DNA from: Kamptonema formosum PCC 6407
GTDB lineage: Bacteria; Cyanobacteriota; Cyanobacteriia; Cyanobacteriales; Microcoleaceae
DNA length: 64,000 nt
Assembly: GCF_000332155.1 (NCBI RefSeq)
Contig: NZ_KB235903.1
Location: forward strand, 715,156-779,155
Direction of reading: 5' to 3'
The position numbers and the translations under genes were made by a program. How positions within the stretch are numbered: position 1 is the first letter of the stretch; each line of letters starts with the position of its first letter. The notes beneath the pieces are model-generated. The model was not told the origin of the DNA, ran no database searches, and worked only from the letters and a program-made list of their open reading frames with translations. Shown in pieces: positions 1 through 10,897 of the stretch.

Positions 1-293
1 AGTCTGGTGATATCAAGTTCAGTTAATTAATCATTATTAGGAACACGGACAGGTTTCTGGATCTCTGGTTTAAGCCGGGAGATATTCGCAAACTTGCTCT
101 CGATCCGAATTATATATAATTAACCGGATTTGATATTACGACTTAACTGCTGTTGTTGGTGCTAAAGTAATTAAATAAATTATATCAGTTCGTATTTTAG
201 TAAACACCGTCTAATTAAGGCTGTACTCAGAGTCTCAAATCCATAGCTGAACAGCTTTCTATTTTTTTTTTGGGAAGAGGTACTAGCATTTCG

Positions 294-322
294 AGCTATA
301 GCAACCGTTTTGACGGTTAAGA
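294..322. repeat. Partial copy of a dispersed repeat with a GCTATAGCAACC core
   Basis: gctatagcaaccgttttgacggttaagac resembles the reverse complement of ggtcttgacggttgctatagcaacc at 23569-23593. It also resembles gatacagcaaccgctaagacc near 29028. Confidence 0.4.
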
Positions 323-502
323 CGTTATTAATTGCTGAAACCCTCGCTTTTATTGCTGTCAACATCCCTGTCTTCAGCCTTGAGCTTAAAATCTTACTAT
401 TTGTTGATGAGCGAATATTAATTACCGATCGGTCACTGAGTATTTAAGAGAAATCCCAAATCTAAAAGGAGATCTTGAAACAATTGCTGTATTTAAATAT
501 AC

Positions 503-535
503 AAAGCATCAGAAAATTTCTGATGCTTTTTCTTT
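503..535 (+). terminator. Intrinsic-terminator-like hairpin
   Basis: An 11-bp perfect stem (aaagcatcaga 503-513 / tctgatgcttt 519-529) with a 5-nt loop, followed by a T-rich tail. No obvious upstream gene in the window. Confidence 0.35.
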
Positions 536-713
536 ATATCTGCTTTAGAGATATTAAAAAATAATTAATGAATATTTAATTGTTTGGCATGAACAAAAGA
601 TCATTACTAATAAAGCCGGACAGTGGACAAAAATTTTTCTCAATCGACAAGGTTGTAAAGAACAGAATAGCTTTTATCAATATGGTACGCTGCCTAAAAC
701 CCTATTAAATTCA

Positions 714-1397
714 GTGATGGGCATTTGGCAACAACATCCAGGTGCGGCACGGATGTTAATTTGGTTATTATTTAAAACCAAAATGGGTAAAGAACAGCGT
801 GTCACAGTACCTACATTAATGCGCGTAGCGTATGGTGAGAAAAAATTCAATACTTTATCTTCACAAAAAGATGAACGCAAACGGCTAATGAAAATCTTTG
901 AAAATGATTTAGAAGTTATCAGTTGCTATGGAATAAACCCAGTATTCGATCCCATTACTTATCCACTAGAAATTCAACCCCTATGGGTGAAGCTCAAAAA
1001 TATTCCAGAAGAAGCAGAGGCGGCTTTAGACTTTTGGATTGCAGATGGTAGTAAGAATAATCGCCTAACTGATGTGGCACCTCGTGGTAAGTGGAATCGT
1101 TTAATGAACGCACGAGTATTACATTTTGAAATCCCGCCTGAATGGGAATCTCCCACCAAAATGAAAGTTATTCAGCCTCAAAAAACCAAAGAGAGAAATA
1201 GAACCAAGGTTAAACCATCGGTTGAACTTTCATCTCAACAGATTATTGAGGCAAGGAAGATAAGGCTTTTGAGTCAGAGAGAATTAGCATCATTAATGGG
1301 CAAAAGTCAAAGCTGGATTAGAGATATTGAAAATGGTCGCTTTCAAGTCAAGGGAGAAGACCAAATGTTACTGCGGAAAGTGTTAGGGATGATGTAA
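714..1397 (+). CDS. Hypothetical protein with C-terminal XRE-type helix-turn-helix
   Basis: 227-aa ORF with GTG/ATG start. The C-terminus LSQRELASLMGKSQSWIRDIENGR looks like an HTH_3/XRE motif. The N-terminal part is unrecognised. Confidence 0.5.
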   Translation: MMGIWQQHPGAARMLIWLLFKTKMGKEQRVTVPTLMRVAYGEKKFNTLSSQKDERKRLMKIFENDLEVISCYGINPVFDPITYPLEIQPLWVKLKNIPEEAEAALDFWIADGSKNNRLTDVAPRGKWNRLMNARVLHFEIPPEWESPTKMKVIQPQKTKERNRTKVKPSVELSSQQIIEARKIRLLSQRELASLMGKSQSWIRDIENGRFQVKGEDQMLLRKVLGMM

Positions 1398-1545
1398 CAG
1401 TTGTCAAGTAAGTGAGGTATGGATCTACAAATTACCAGGTGTACCTCAATTGTCTGAGAGTTGATATCAGTCAGATAAAACTCCCCCACGTCTTGAGATG
1501 GAGGAGTGACAAAAGTCTAACCTAAGCGTCAGGAATGTCAAAAGT

Positions 1546-1749
1546 CTAAGCTAAGCGTTTGGCTTCTACTGTTTGTGGTAATTTCAATGGTTCGAGTAAA
1601 TTAGCAATTTCTAATTCCCAACCATTTGTCAAAGTCAAGATTTTGTTCCCATTTAATTCCGTTTCACTCACTACTTCCTCTTCCAAATCTTTCTTGGCAA
1701 CGTAAACCATTAATTTGCCGGTTGTACCGCGACGTAACATTACTTTCAT
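1546..1749 (-). CDS. nifT: NifT/FixU small nitrogen-fixation protein
   Basis: 67-aa ORF MKVMLRR...LMVYVAKKDLEE...GWELE, typical NifT length and sequence. It starts 11 nt downstream of nifZ. Confidence 0.8.
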   Translation of the reverse strand: MKVMLRRGTTGKLMVYVAKKDLEEEVVSETELNGNKILTLTNGWELEIANLLEPLKLPQTVEAKRLA

Positions 1750-1760
1750 CTTTAATTACC

Positions 1761-2027
1761 TCAAATTACTGTTTCAAATGGTTCTAGTTCTCTGGCACGA
1801 CAACCAACAATATAGCCTGTTCCCATAAAATGCACAGCATAAATATAGGAGTTTTGTAAAAATGTCCCGATAGAAATCACATAGCCAATTTCACCCTTTT
1901 TTGCTAAAGTGGCCCCAATTTCCTGACCCGGAAAGGTTCCATCATTACGGATTAACTTGCGTGTTTGGACTTTTTGACCAATTTCAAAACAAGGAGGCAA
2001 GTCAAGTTCTAATTCATCTAGCTGCAT
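1761..2027 (-). CDS. nifZ: NifZ
   Basis: PPCFEIGQKVQTRKLIRNDGTFPG...GYVISIG...YAVHF matches the NifZ domain. The track ORF begins at a TTG (2039); the ATG at 2027 is preferred. Confidence 0.8.
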   Translation of the reverse strand: MQLDELELDLPPCFEIGQKVQTRKLIRNDGTFPGQEIGATLAKKGEIGYVISIGTFLQNSYIYAVHFMGTGYIVGCRARELEPFETVI

Positions 2028-2154
2028 AGATTCCCTCAATAGAAAAACTAAGTTTAGAAGTTTGACGAAATTAATTGTACTTGTTTGGCTGATGTTTAAA
2101 CCTCAAGGGAGAGAACATGGGCTATTTCTCTCTGGAATGTCTGCGGTCAAATAG

Positions 2155-2919
2155 CTACTTTTGACCAACTTGAAGGCGAAGAATATGCTCCTCTAATTTC
2201 TCAATTCGATCGACTAAACTGCGAATCAGTGCCGCTTCTGCATCTGGCATTTTTCCGTGTTCTAGTGGACAAGTATTTTGAGGAATGCGACGAATATTTC
2301 TACCAGGAACACCTACAACTGTACAATCTGAAGGCACGTCTCGTAATACAATAGAGCCAGCGCCAATGCGGACATAATCACCTACTTCAATATTACCTAA
2401 AACCTTCGCACCTGCCCCGACAACAACATACTTACCAAGAGTCGGATGACGCTTACCGCTTTCTTTTCCCGTACCTCCCAAAGTAACGCCCTGATAAATT
2501 AGGGTGTAATCTCCTAAAATTGCTGTTTCCCCAATGACTACTCCCATCCCATGATCGATAAATACCCCCTTACCAATGACCGCGCCAGGGTGAATTTCGA
2601 CACCGGTGAAGAATCGGGTTAGGTAAGAAATTAGACGGGGGAAAAAGGGAACTTTAAGATTGTGTAACCAGTGGGCAACCCGATGCATTTCCAAAGCATG
2701 AAACCCTGGGTAAAAGCAAAGAACTTCCAGCCAATTACGGGCGGCGGGGTCGCGCTCGAAAATAATCTGAAAATCAATTTTGATTGTTTGCCACCAGTTT
2801 AGAAGTGGATTAGTAGATTGGGCATCCTCTGTTGCTGCTGGAGTGGTTGTACGACCTTGAGCATACAGTTTTTCTTGTGAAATAGGCTTAACTGTTAAAG
2901 GGGCAAAAGTCTGTAGCAT
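2155..2919 (-). CDS. cysE: Serine O-acetyltransferase (nif-cluster CysE, also called NifP)
   Basis: Left-handed beta-helix hexapeptide repeats (GAVIGKGVFIDHGMGVVIGETAILGDYTLIYQGVTLGG) and a SATase N-terminal region. It heads the cysE-nifZ-nifT operon divergent from nifB. Confidence 0.85.
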   Translation of the reverse strand: MLQTFAPLTVKPISQEKLYAQGRTTTPAATEDAQSTNPLLNWWQTIKIDFQIIFERDPAARNWLEVLCFYPGFHALEMHRVAHWLHNLKVPFFPRLISYLTRFFTGVEIHPGAVIGKGVFIDHGMGVVIGETAILGDYTLIYQGVTLGGTGKESGKRHPTLGKYVVVGAGAKVLGNIEVGDYVRIGAGSIVLRDVPSDCTVVGVPGRNIRRIPQNTCPLEHGKMPDAEAALIRSLVDRIEKLEEHILRLQVGQK

Positions 2920-3009
2920 TGCTTTCCGGGGGGTGAAAAAGCCGTAATCTCCATCTCCTGCTTATATCAGATAGTTGAAAACTAGGTAGTTTGCTTAACC
3001 TGGATAGAA

Positions 3010-3224
3010 TTATTAAATTAATTAAAGATGTACTCAAGCACCAAATGCCTTGATAGGAGAGGGATTCATTTTTTTTTGGGGCTATAGGTACGAGTATTTT
3101 TGGCTATAGGTATGAGTATTTATCAGTGACGTACTCAGTATTTATGTACTCAGCCATAAGTCTCTTTCAGCAAGTATTTCAGACTATTTACGTACCAATT
3201 TTGGGGAAGAAAAAATTGTACTCA
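3010..3224. promoter_or_regulatory. Left arm of the mirror-symmetric motif array in the cysE/nifB divergent spacer
   Basis: GTACTCA occurs at 3030, 3131, 3146 and 3218. The box ggggctataggtacgagtatttttgg lies at 3078-3103, and ttattaaattaattaaagatgtactcaa at 3010-3037. Each has an inverted counterpart in 3617-3840. Confidence 0.45.
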
Positions 3225-3616
3225 CCATCTTTTTAGGACTTACTGGGTCTTTAACCCTGTTGGTTAAGTCGTGCTTTGTCAGAATGACTGTCTAGAAATT
3301 ATTTTTTAAATTTTTGTATATCTAACTACTATTTAAGCTTTTATGGCTTACAGTAAAAGTAGCGAGCATCATTTTTTATGTGGCACTTGAGGCAAATCCC
3401 CTATTATTACTTTTATTTTGTCTGTATCATTAGATACAATCAATAACTTTGGTAAAGAAATCGCCAAAAAAAATCCCAGGTCATAAAAAACTGATATATT
3501 AGATACAGAATTAAATTTAAGAATACCGTCAGCCATCTCTCCAAAAGATCGTCTCGGTTATCCCCCTTCTCAATTGCCCTATCAGATTAAATTTGGGGCA
3601 TCAAATTTATATTTTT

Positions 3617-3840
3617 TGAGTACCCATCAAGCCAGTAGAAAATTTGCTATAAATCTCATCAAACCCATGCGCCAACTGGGTTAGCTTTGAGTACAAAAAT
3701 ACCGCTTCTCGGCTACCTAAATACTTATCGCTTAGACCAAAAATACTCGTACCTATACCCCAAAATTTTTTTTCAAATCTATTTTTCCCTTACAGAGTAA
3801 GGATTACAGGTTTTGAGTACCTTCTTAATTAGTTTAATAA
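3617..3840. promoter_or_regulatory. Right arm of the mirror-symmetric motif array (candidate nifB upstream activating / promoter region)
   Basis: TGAGTAC occurs at 3617, 3688 and 3814. ccaaaaatactcgtacctatacccc at 3737-3761 and ttgagtaccttcttaattagtttaataa at 3813-3840 are reverse complements of left-arm boxes. The arm ends about 270 nt upstream of the nifB ATG. Confidence 0.45.
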
Positions 3841-4111
3841 GTCTTATCCCTAGCCATCTCTGCGGGAGGCAATTGAGTAGCTGCTATAAATTTCATAACG
3901 CCAGATGCTTAACCCGCCAAAGGTAATAGGTAATAGGTATTTAAGTAATTGGTAAATTCAAACAGTACCAAAAGCCAAATAACCGATGGATTCTGGGGGA
4001 AGTTAATGAATGGAATGGAGCCTAATATAGGGCCCAACGGATAAACAAAATAATTCCTGTTTGTTCATATTTCCTATAGCGTTGACGAGTCCACTGAATC
4101 CCATAAATTCA

Positions 4112-5566
4112 ATGACACCCCAACCTGGAATCCTTACTAAAACAAGCGCTACTCAATCTACTGGTTGTAGTTCTTCTAGCTGTGGTACTTCCACCGATGG
4201 AATTGACGAAAAACTTAAAAAGCGGATTGAAAACCATCCGTGTTATAGCGAAGAAGCACACCATCACTATGCCAGAATGCACGTTGCAGTTGCTCCCGCT
4301 TGCAACATTCAATGTAATTATTGTAATCGGAAATACGACTGTGCTAACGAAAGTCGTCCTGGGGTAGTTAGTGAACTGCTAACACCCGAAGAAGCCGCTC
4401 ATAAAGTATTAGTGATTGCCGGCAAAATTCCGCAAATGACAGTATTGGGAATTGCGGGCCCAGGCGACCCATTAGCCAACCCGGAAAAAACTTTCCGCAC
4501 CTTTGAGTTAATTTCTGATAAAGCCCCAGATATCAAGCTTTGTTTATCAACTAACGGCTTAATGTTGCCCGATTATGTTGAAAAAATTAAGCAACTCAAC
4601 GTGGATCATGTCACCATTACTATTAATATGGTAGATCCCGAAATCGGCACACAAATCTATCCTTGGGTTCACTATCGGCGGAAGCGTTACAAAGGCATTG
4701 AAGCAGCTAGAATTTTGCACGAACGGCAAATGGAAGGCTTACAAGCACTAAAAGAAGCCGATATTCTTTGCAAAGTGAACTCAGTAATGATTCCCGGAGT
4801 TAACGACCATCACTTACCAGAAGTAAATGAAGTGATTCGTTCTAAAGGGGCATTTCTTCACAACATTATGCCTCTGATTTCAGCACCAGAACATGGCACA
4901 CACTTTGGTTTAACTGGTCAGCGCGGGCCGACACCAAAAGAACTGAAAACAGTGCAAGATAACTGTGCTGGCAACATGAAGATGATGCGCCACTGTCGCC
5001 AATGTCGGGCCGATGCTGTAGGACTCTTAGGCGAAGACAGAAGCCAAGAATTTACTAAAGATAAATTCATGGAAATGCAGCCAGAGTACAACATTGAATC
5101 ACGGCAAGAAGTTCATGCTGGCATTGAGAAGTTTAAAGACGAACTCAAATCAGCCAAAGCAAAGCTCAAACCTAGTCAGAAAGTTGCTAACAGCCCCAAA
5201 ATTCTTGTAGCAGTAGCAACTAAAGGCGGTGGTTTAGTAAATCAGCACTTTGGTCATGCTAAAGAGTTTCAAATTTACGAAGTAGATGCTAACGAAGCTA
5301 AATTCGTCGGTCATCGCAAAATCGATCATTACTGCCAAAGCGGTTACGGCGAGGAAGCGACTTTAGAACACACGATTAAAGCTCTTTCTGATTGTAAAGC
5401 AATTCTAGTTTCCAAAGTCGGCGAATGTCCGAAAGCGGATTTACAAACAGCAGGTTTAGTTGTAGTGGAAGCTTACGACGTAATTGAGAAAGTTGCCCGT
5501 GCATTTTATGACACCCATATTCTCAAAAGCTCTAACGCTATTCCTGAGATTGTAGGTTGTATTTAA
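4112..5566 (+). CDS. nifB: Nitrogenase FeMo-cofactor biosynthesis radical SAM protein NifB (with C-terminal NifX-like domain)
   Basis: Radical SAM motif [15 protein letters not shown]-terminal [29 protein letters not shown] is NifX/NafY-like. The ATG at 4112 is preferred over the TTG at 4061. Confidence 0.9.
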   Translation: MTPQPGILTKTSATQSTGCSSSSCGTSTDGIDEKLKKRIENHPCYSEEAHHHYARMHVAVAPACNIQCNYCNRKYDCANESRPGVVSELLTPEEAAHKVLVIAGKIPQMTVLGIAGPGDPLANPEKTFRTFELISDKAPDIKLCLSTNGLMLPDYVEKIKQLNVDHVTITINMVDPEIGTQIYPWVHYRRKRYKGIEAARILHERQMEGLQALKEADILCKVNSVMIPGVNDHHLPEVNEVIRSKGAFLHNIMPLISAPEHGTHFGLTGQRGPTPKELKTVQDNCAGNMKMMRHCRQCRADAVGLLGEDRSQEFTKDKFMEMQPEYNIESRQEVHAGIEKFKDELKSAKAKLKPSQKVANSPKILVAVATKGGGLVNQHFGHAKEFQIYEVDANEAKFVGHRKIDHYCQSGYGEEATLEHTIKALSDCKAILVSKVGECPKADLQTAGLVVVEAYDVIEKVARAFYDTHILKSSNAIPEIVGCI

Positions 5567-5660
5567 TGGCTCTAGTTGATGGGTATGAGGTATAGCAGCC
5601 GCTTCCTAATTGCTAATTTATAAAGCTGTACTTCATTCCATTCACAACTGCTTCTTGCTT

Positions 5661-5712
5661 CCCAATTCCCAATTTCTAATTCCCTTTCCCATTTCCAATT
5701 CCCTGTTCCTAT
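5661..5712. repeat. Degenerate heptamer tandem repeat (CCAATTC-like) in the nifB-nifS spacer
   Basis: cccaattcccaatttctaattccctttcccatttccaattccctgttcc. Confidence 0.6.
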
Positions 5713-5733
5713 TGTCAATCTGAGGACAAGATT

Positions 5734-6942
5734 ATGTCAACTTGTATTTACCTAGATAATAATGCCACAACCAAGGTAGATCCAGGAGTGTTGGAAGCAA
5801 TGCTACCCTACCTAACCGAATATTATGGCAATCCCTCCAGTATGCACACCTTTGGGGGAAAAGTAGGAAAAGCTGTAAAACAAGCCAGAGCACAAGTAGC
5901 AGGTCTTTTGGGAGCAGATGATTCAGAAATTGTGTTTACCAGTTGTGGCAGTGAAAGTAACAATACAGCAATTAGGGCTGCATTAGCCGCTCAACCAGAT
6001 AGACGACATATTATTACTACCCAAGTAGAACACGCTGCTGTAATTAATGTTTGCAAACAACTAGAAAAACAAGGTTACACAGTTACTTATCTATCAGTTG
6101 ACCGTCAGGGACAATTAGATTTAATGGAATTGGAAGCTGCATTAACTGGAAACACAGCTTTAGTTTCCACCATGTATGCTAACAACGAAAGTGGGACAAT
6201 TTTCCCCATAGAAAAAATCGGTGCTTTAGCTAAAGAATATGGTGCAGTCTTCCATGTTGATGCAGTACAAGCCGTAGGTAAAATTCCTTTAAATATGAAG
6301 GAAAGTACCATTGACCTATTAACACTATCAGGTCATAAATTACACGCCCCCAAAGGCATTGGTGCTTTATATGTAAGACGCGGTTTCCATTTCCGTCCGT
6401 TGTTAATAGGCGGACATCAAGAACGGGGCCGGAGAGCAGGAACAGAAAATGTAGCGGGTATAATTGGTTTAGGAAAAGCAGCAGAACTCGAATTATTGCA
6501 TATGCCAGAAGCAATTCAGCGAGAAAGCAAATTGCGCGATCGCCTAGAAGAAAACCTGCTACTTACTATTCCTAATTGTGAAGTAAATGGCGACCCTGCT
6601 CATCGCTTACCTAACACCACTAATATTGGCTTCAAATACATCGAAGGCGAAGCTATCTTACTCTCATTAGATCGATACGGGATTTGCGCTTCTTCTGGTT
6701 CTGCTTGCACTTCTGGCTCTTTAGAACCCTCTCATGTTTTGCGGGCAATGGGTTTACCTTATGTTATCCTTCACGGTTCGATCCGATTTAGTCTTAGCCG
6801 TTACACAACTGATGCAGAAATAGATCGAGTTTTAACTGTAATGCCAGGAATTGTAGAGAGATTGCGTTCCCTTTCACCCTTCAATAGTGACTCTGCTGAC
6901 TGGTTGCAAGATAGACAAGAAGCCGTAACAGTTAGTAGATAA
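5734..6942 (+). CDS. nifS: Cysteine desulfurase NifS
   Basis: Class V aminotransferase with PLP-lysine context SGHKLHAPKG and active-site Cys in SSGSACTSG. Position is between nifB and nifU. Confidence 0.9.
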   Translation: MSTCIYLDNNATTKVDPGVLEAMLPYLTEYYGNPSSMHTFGGKVGKAVKQARAQVAGLLGADDSEIVFTSCGSESNNTAIRAALAAQPDRRHIITTQVEHAAVINVCKQLEKQGYTVTYLSVDRQGQLDLMELEAALTGNTALVSTMYANNESGTIFPIEKIGALAKEYGAVFHVDAVQAVGKIPLNMKESTIDLLTLSGHKLHAPKGIGALYVRRGFHFRPLLIGGHQERGRRAGTENVAGIIGLGKAAELELLHMPEAIQRESKLRDRLEENLLLTIPNCEVNGDPAHRLPNTTNIGFKYIEGEAILLSLDRYGICASSGSACTSGSLEPSHVLRAMGLPYVILHGSIRFSLSRYTTDAEIDRVLTVMPGIVERLRSLSPFNSDSADWLQDRQEAVTVSR

Positions 6943-6970
6943 AGCAGCAGTGAAAGCATAAAAAGCTTTT

Positions 6971-7027
6971 CAATTCTCAATTCCTAATTCTCAATTCCCA
7001 ATTCTCAATTCCCAATTCCCAATTCCT
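6971..7027. repeat. Heptamer tandem repeat (CAATTCC/CAATTCT) in the nifS-nifU spacer
   Basis: caattctcaattcctaattctcaattcccaattctcaattcccaattcccaattcc. Confidence 0.7.
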
Positions 7028-7055
7028 CCTCATACCCTTAATTTGGAAAACTGCC

Positions 7056-7952
7056 ATGTGGGACTACACTGAAAAAGTATTAGACTTATTCTACAACCCG
7101 AAAAACCAAGGGGCAATCGAAGAAACCAACGAACCAGGAATTGCCGTAGTCTTTGGCGAAGTAGGTAGTATTGCTTGCGGTGATGCTTTAAGACTACATC
7201 TCAAAATCGACGAACCCCAAGATACAATTCTCGATGCTCGTTTTCAAACCTTTGGTTGCACCAGCGCCATTGCTTCCTCTTCCGCTTTAACAGAATTAAT
7301 CAAGGGTTTGACATTAGATCAAGCCTTAAAAGTCACCAACAGAGAAATCGCAGATTTTTTAGGTGGTTTGCCTGAAGCTAAAATGCACTGTTCTGTAATG
7401 GGACAAGAAGCCTTAGAAGCTGCCATTTATAAATATCGTGGCATTGAACCAGAAGCACACCCTGAAGATGAAGGCACTTTAATTTGTAGTTGCTTTGGTA
7501 TCAGCGAACCGAGAATTCGTCGGGCAATTGTCGAAAACAATTTAACTACAGCAGAACAAGTAACTAGCTATATCAAAGCTGGTGGTGGTTGTGGTTCTTG
7601 TTTATATCCTATTGACGACTTAATTGCCGAAGTCTTCAAAGAGAAAGCCAACATCACCAAAGTTGCGACCGAGATTGCTTTTGCGAAAGAGACTAAAAAT
7701 CAATCACCTACACAACCTTTGACACCCATCCAAAAAATCTCTTTAATTCAGAAAGTTTTAGAAGAAGTGCGCCCATTGCTAATCGCAGATGGAGGTGACG
7801 TAGAACTTTATGACGTAGAAGGAGATATTGTCAAAGTCTTGCTCAAAGGAGCTTGTGGTTCTTGTCCTAGTAGTACATCCACTCTGAAAGGGTTAATCGA
7901 AACTACTTTGAAAGAGAAAGTTTTACCCAGTTTAGTAGTACAAGCACTGTAA
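7056..7952 (+). CDS. nifU: Fe-S cluster scaffold NifU
   Basis: N-terminal IscU-like Cys motifs (ACGDALRLHL, FGCTSAIASS, MHCSVM). Central 2Fe-2S Cys (CSCFG, GGGCGSC). C-terminal NifU CxxC (GACGSCPSS). Confidence 0.9.
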   Translation: MWDYTEKVLDLFYNPKNQGAIEETNEPGIAVVFGEVGSIACGDALRLHLKIDEPQDTILDARFQTFGCTSAIASSSALTELIKGLTLDQALKVTNREIADFLGGLPEAKMHCSVMGQEALEAAIYKYRGIEPEAHPEDEGTLICSCFGISEPRIRRAIVENNLTTAEQVTSYIKAGGGCGSCLYPIDDLIAEVFKEKANITKVATEIAFAKETKNQSPTQPLTPIQKISLIQKVLEEVRPLLIADGGDVELYDVEGDIVKVLLKGACGSCPSSTSTLKGLIETTLKEKVLPSLVVQAL

Positions 7953-8151
7953 ACTAGCGGGCTATTGACTCATCAGATTTCCTACAACAAATTCACGAGT
8001 AATTATGAAATTTACCAGAAAATATCAAGAGGAGCGTCCTCCCCCCATAGTTAGGTTTCAGATTCTAAGTTTCACAATTGATACTTATTTCTGAACCGAA
8101 CCACTCAAGACCTCTTCTTAAACAACAAACCCACTCATTTACAAAGGATAA

Positions 8152-9060
<909 letters not shown>

Positions 9061-9252
9061 ACCCTAGTAATCAAGGGGATAGGCTAAAACAAGAAAAGGA
9101 AAGATTTTCTTATCTAAAATCCCAAATAGGTCTCAGGTGTGAGGTTTCAGATGAATTATTGTTGGAGCCTGAAACTCAAAACCTGAAACCGACCTGAAAC
9201 CTATCCCCTATTCCCTATTTCCTATTCCCTACTCACTCAGAGAGGCAGATTT

Positions 9253-10737
9253 ATGACTCCTATCGAATCTACTACTATTGACCCTCAAGACTTAGCTGCG
9301 GAAGTTGTTGACAAAAAAGCCCTGATCAAAGAAGCTTTAGAACTCTATCCCGATAAAGCTAAGAAAAAACGGGAAAAGCACCTGAATGTCTACGAAGAAG
9401 GCAAATCAGATTGTGGCGTTAAGTCTAATATCAAATCCGTTCCCGGTTCCATGACCACACGCGGCTGCGCCTACGCTGGATCGAAAGGCGTAGTTTGGGG
9501 CCCAATCAAAGACATGATTCACATCAGTCATGGCCCCGTAGGTTGCGGTTATTATTCCTGGTCTGGTCGTCGCAACTACTATATCGGAACTACAGGCATT
9601 GATAGCTTTGGCACAATGCAATTTACATCCGATTTCCAAGAAAGAGATATCGTATTTGGTGGTGATAAAAAACTTGCCAAACTAATTACTGAACTAGACG
9701 AACTCTTCCCCTTAAATAGAGGCGTTTCGATTCAGTCTGAGTGTCCTATTGGTCTCATCGGAGACGATATCGAAGCTGTTGCCAAGAAAGCCAGCAAAGA
9801 AATCGGAAAAACCGTTGTACCTGTACGTTGTGAAGGCTTCCGGGGTGTCTCTCAATCCCTGGGACACCACATTGCAAACGACACTATCCGGGATTGGGTT
9901 TTTCCTCAAGCAGACAAGAAAAAGAAAGAACTGGGTCATGAAGGTACTCCCTACGATGTCGCAATTATTGGAGACTATAACATCGGTGGTGATGCTTGGT
10001 CTAGCCGCATTCTTCTCGAAGAAATTGGCTTGCGCGTAGTAGCTCAATGGTCGGGAGATGGCACGCTTCACGAAATGATGATGACCCCAACTGTGAAGCT
10101 AAATTTAGTTCACTGCTATCGCTCCATGAACTATATTAGCCGCCACATGGAAGAAGCTTATGGCATTCCTTGGTTGGAATATAACTTCTTTGGCCCAACT
10201 CAAATTGCTGCATCTCTGCGAGAAATTGCAGGTAAGTTTGACCAAAAAATCCAAGATAATGCTGAAAAAGTCATTGCTAAGTATGAAGCCCAAACTAAGG
10301 CCGTACTTGACAAATTCTACTCGCGCCTAGAAGGTAAGACTGTCGCTTTAATGGTTGGTGGTTTGCGTCCCCGCCACGTCGTTCCTGCCTTCCACGATTT
10401 AGGAATGAAACTAATCGGTACTGGTTACGAGTTTGGTCACAATGATGACTACAAACGCACGACTCATTACATTGAAGACGGCACCTTAATTTATGATGAC
10501 GTTTCTGCTTATGAGTTCGAGCATTTTGTCAAGGAACTCAAGCCAGATTTAATTGCTTCCGGCATCAAAGAGAAGTATGTTTTCCAGAAAATGGCGCTTC
10601 CCTTCCGCCAGATGCACTCTTGGGATTATTCTGGCCCTTATCACGGTTACGATGGTTTTGCTATCTTCGCCCGCGATATGGATTTAGCCCTTAATAGTCC
10701 AACTTGGGGATTAATTGGTGCTCCTTGGAAGAAGTAA
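9253..10737 (+). CDS. nifD: Nitrogenase MoFe protein alpha chain NifD (uninterrupted)
   Basis: [43 protein letters not shown] (P-cluster and FeMo-co ligand contexts). Confidence 0.95.
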   Translation: MTPIESTTIDPQDLAAEVVDKKALIKEALELYPDKAKKKREKHLNVYEEGKSDCGVKSNIKSVPGSMTTRGCAYAGSKGVVWGPIKDMIHISHGPVGCGYYSWSGRRNYYIGTTGIDSFGTMQFTSDFQERDIVFGGDKKLAKLITELDELFPLNRGVSIQSECPIGLIGDDIEAVAKKASKEIGKTVVPVRCEGFRGVSQSLGHHIANDTIRDWVFPQADKKKKELGHEGTPYDVAIIGDYNIGGDAWSSRILLEEIGLRVVAQWSGDGTLHEMMMTPTVKLNLVHCYRSMNYISRHMEEAYGIPWLEYNFFGPTQIAASLREIAGKFDQKIQDNAEKVIAKYEAQTKAVLDKFYSRLEGKTVALMVGGLRPRHVVPAFHDLGMKLIGTGYEFGHNDDYKRTTHYIEDGTLIYDDVSAYEFEHFVKELKPDLIASGIKEKYVFQKMALPFRQMHSWDYSGPYHGYDGFAIFARDMDLALNSPTWGLIGAPWKK

Positions 10738-10897
10738 CCAAAACAGATTAGGGGAATACTACTAAGGATGAACGCTAAAAGTTTAAAATCCCCAAAACTA
10801 TCTCTCGATTTTCATCCTTAGTTCCTCCTAAATACAAGTTTTTTGTTATTTCCAACTCTCTACGCTACACTCCCTCATAAATATTGGAGATTGAGTC

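Noticed and set aside
589-1397. Possible frameshifted or truncated gene. A short ORF (ATG 589 to TAA about 708) lies in another frame just upstream of the 714-1397 ORF, whose frame is open back to 660 without a start codon
   Set aside because: I cannot show homology across the junction without a database search. The 714 GTG / 717 ATG start is adequate. It is kept as an ordinary CDS with moderate confidence.
8029-8041. Small hairpin (gagga-gcg-tcctc) in the nifU-nifH spacer as a candidate nifH transcript-stabilising stem-loop
   Set aside because: It has only a 5-bp stem with a 3-nt loop, which is too weak to support from sequence alone.
9253-10737. Developmentally excised element interrupting nifD (or nifH/fdxN), as in some heterocystous strains
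   Set aside because: NifD, NifH and NifK translate as continuous full-length proteins. No XisA/XisF-type recombinase gene is present in the cluster.
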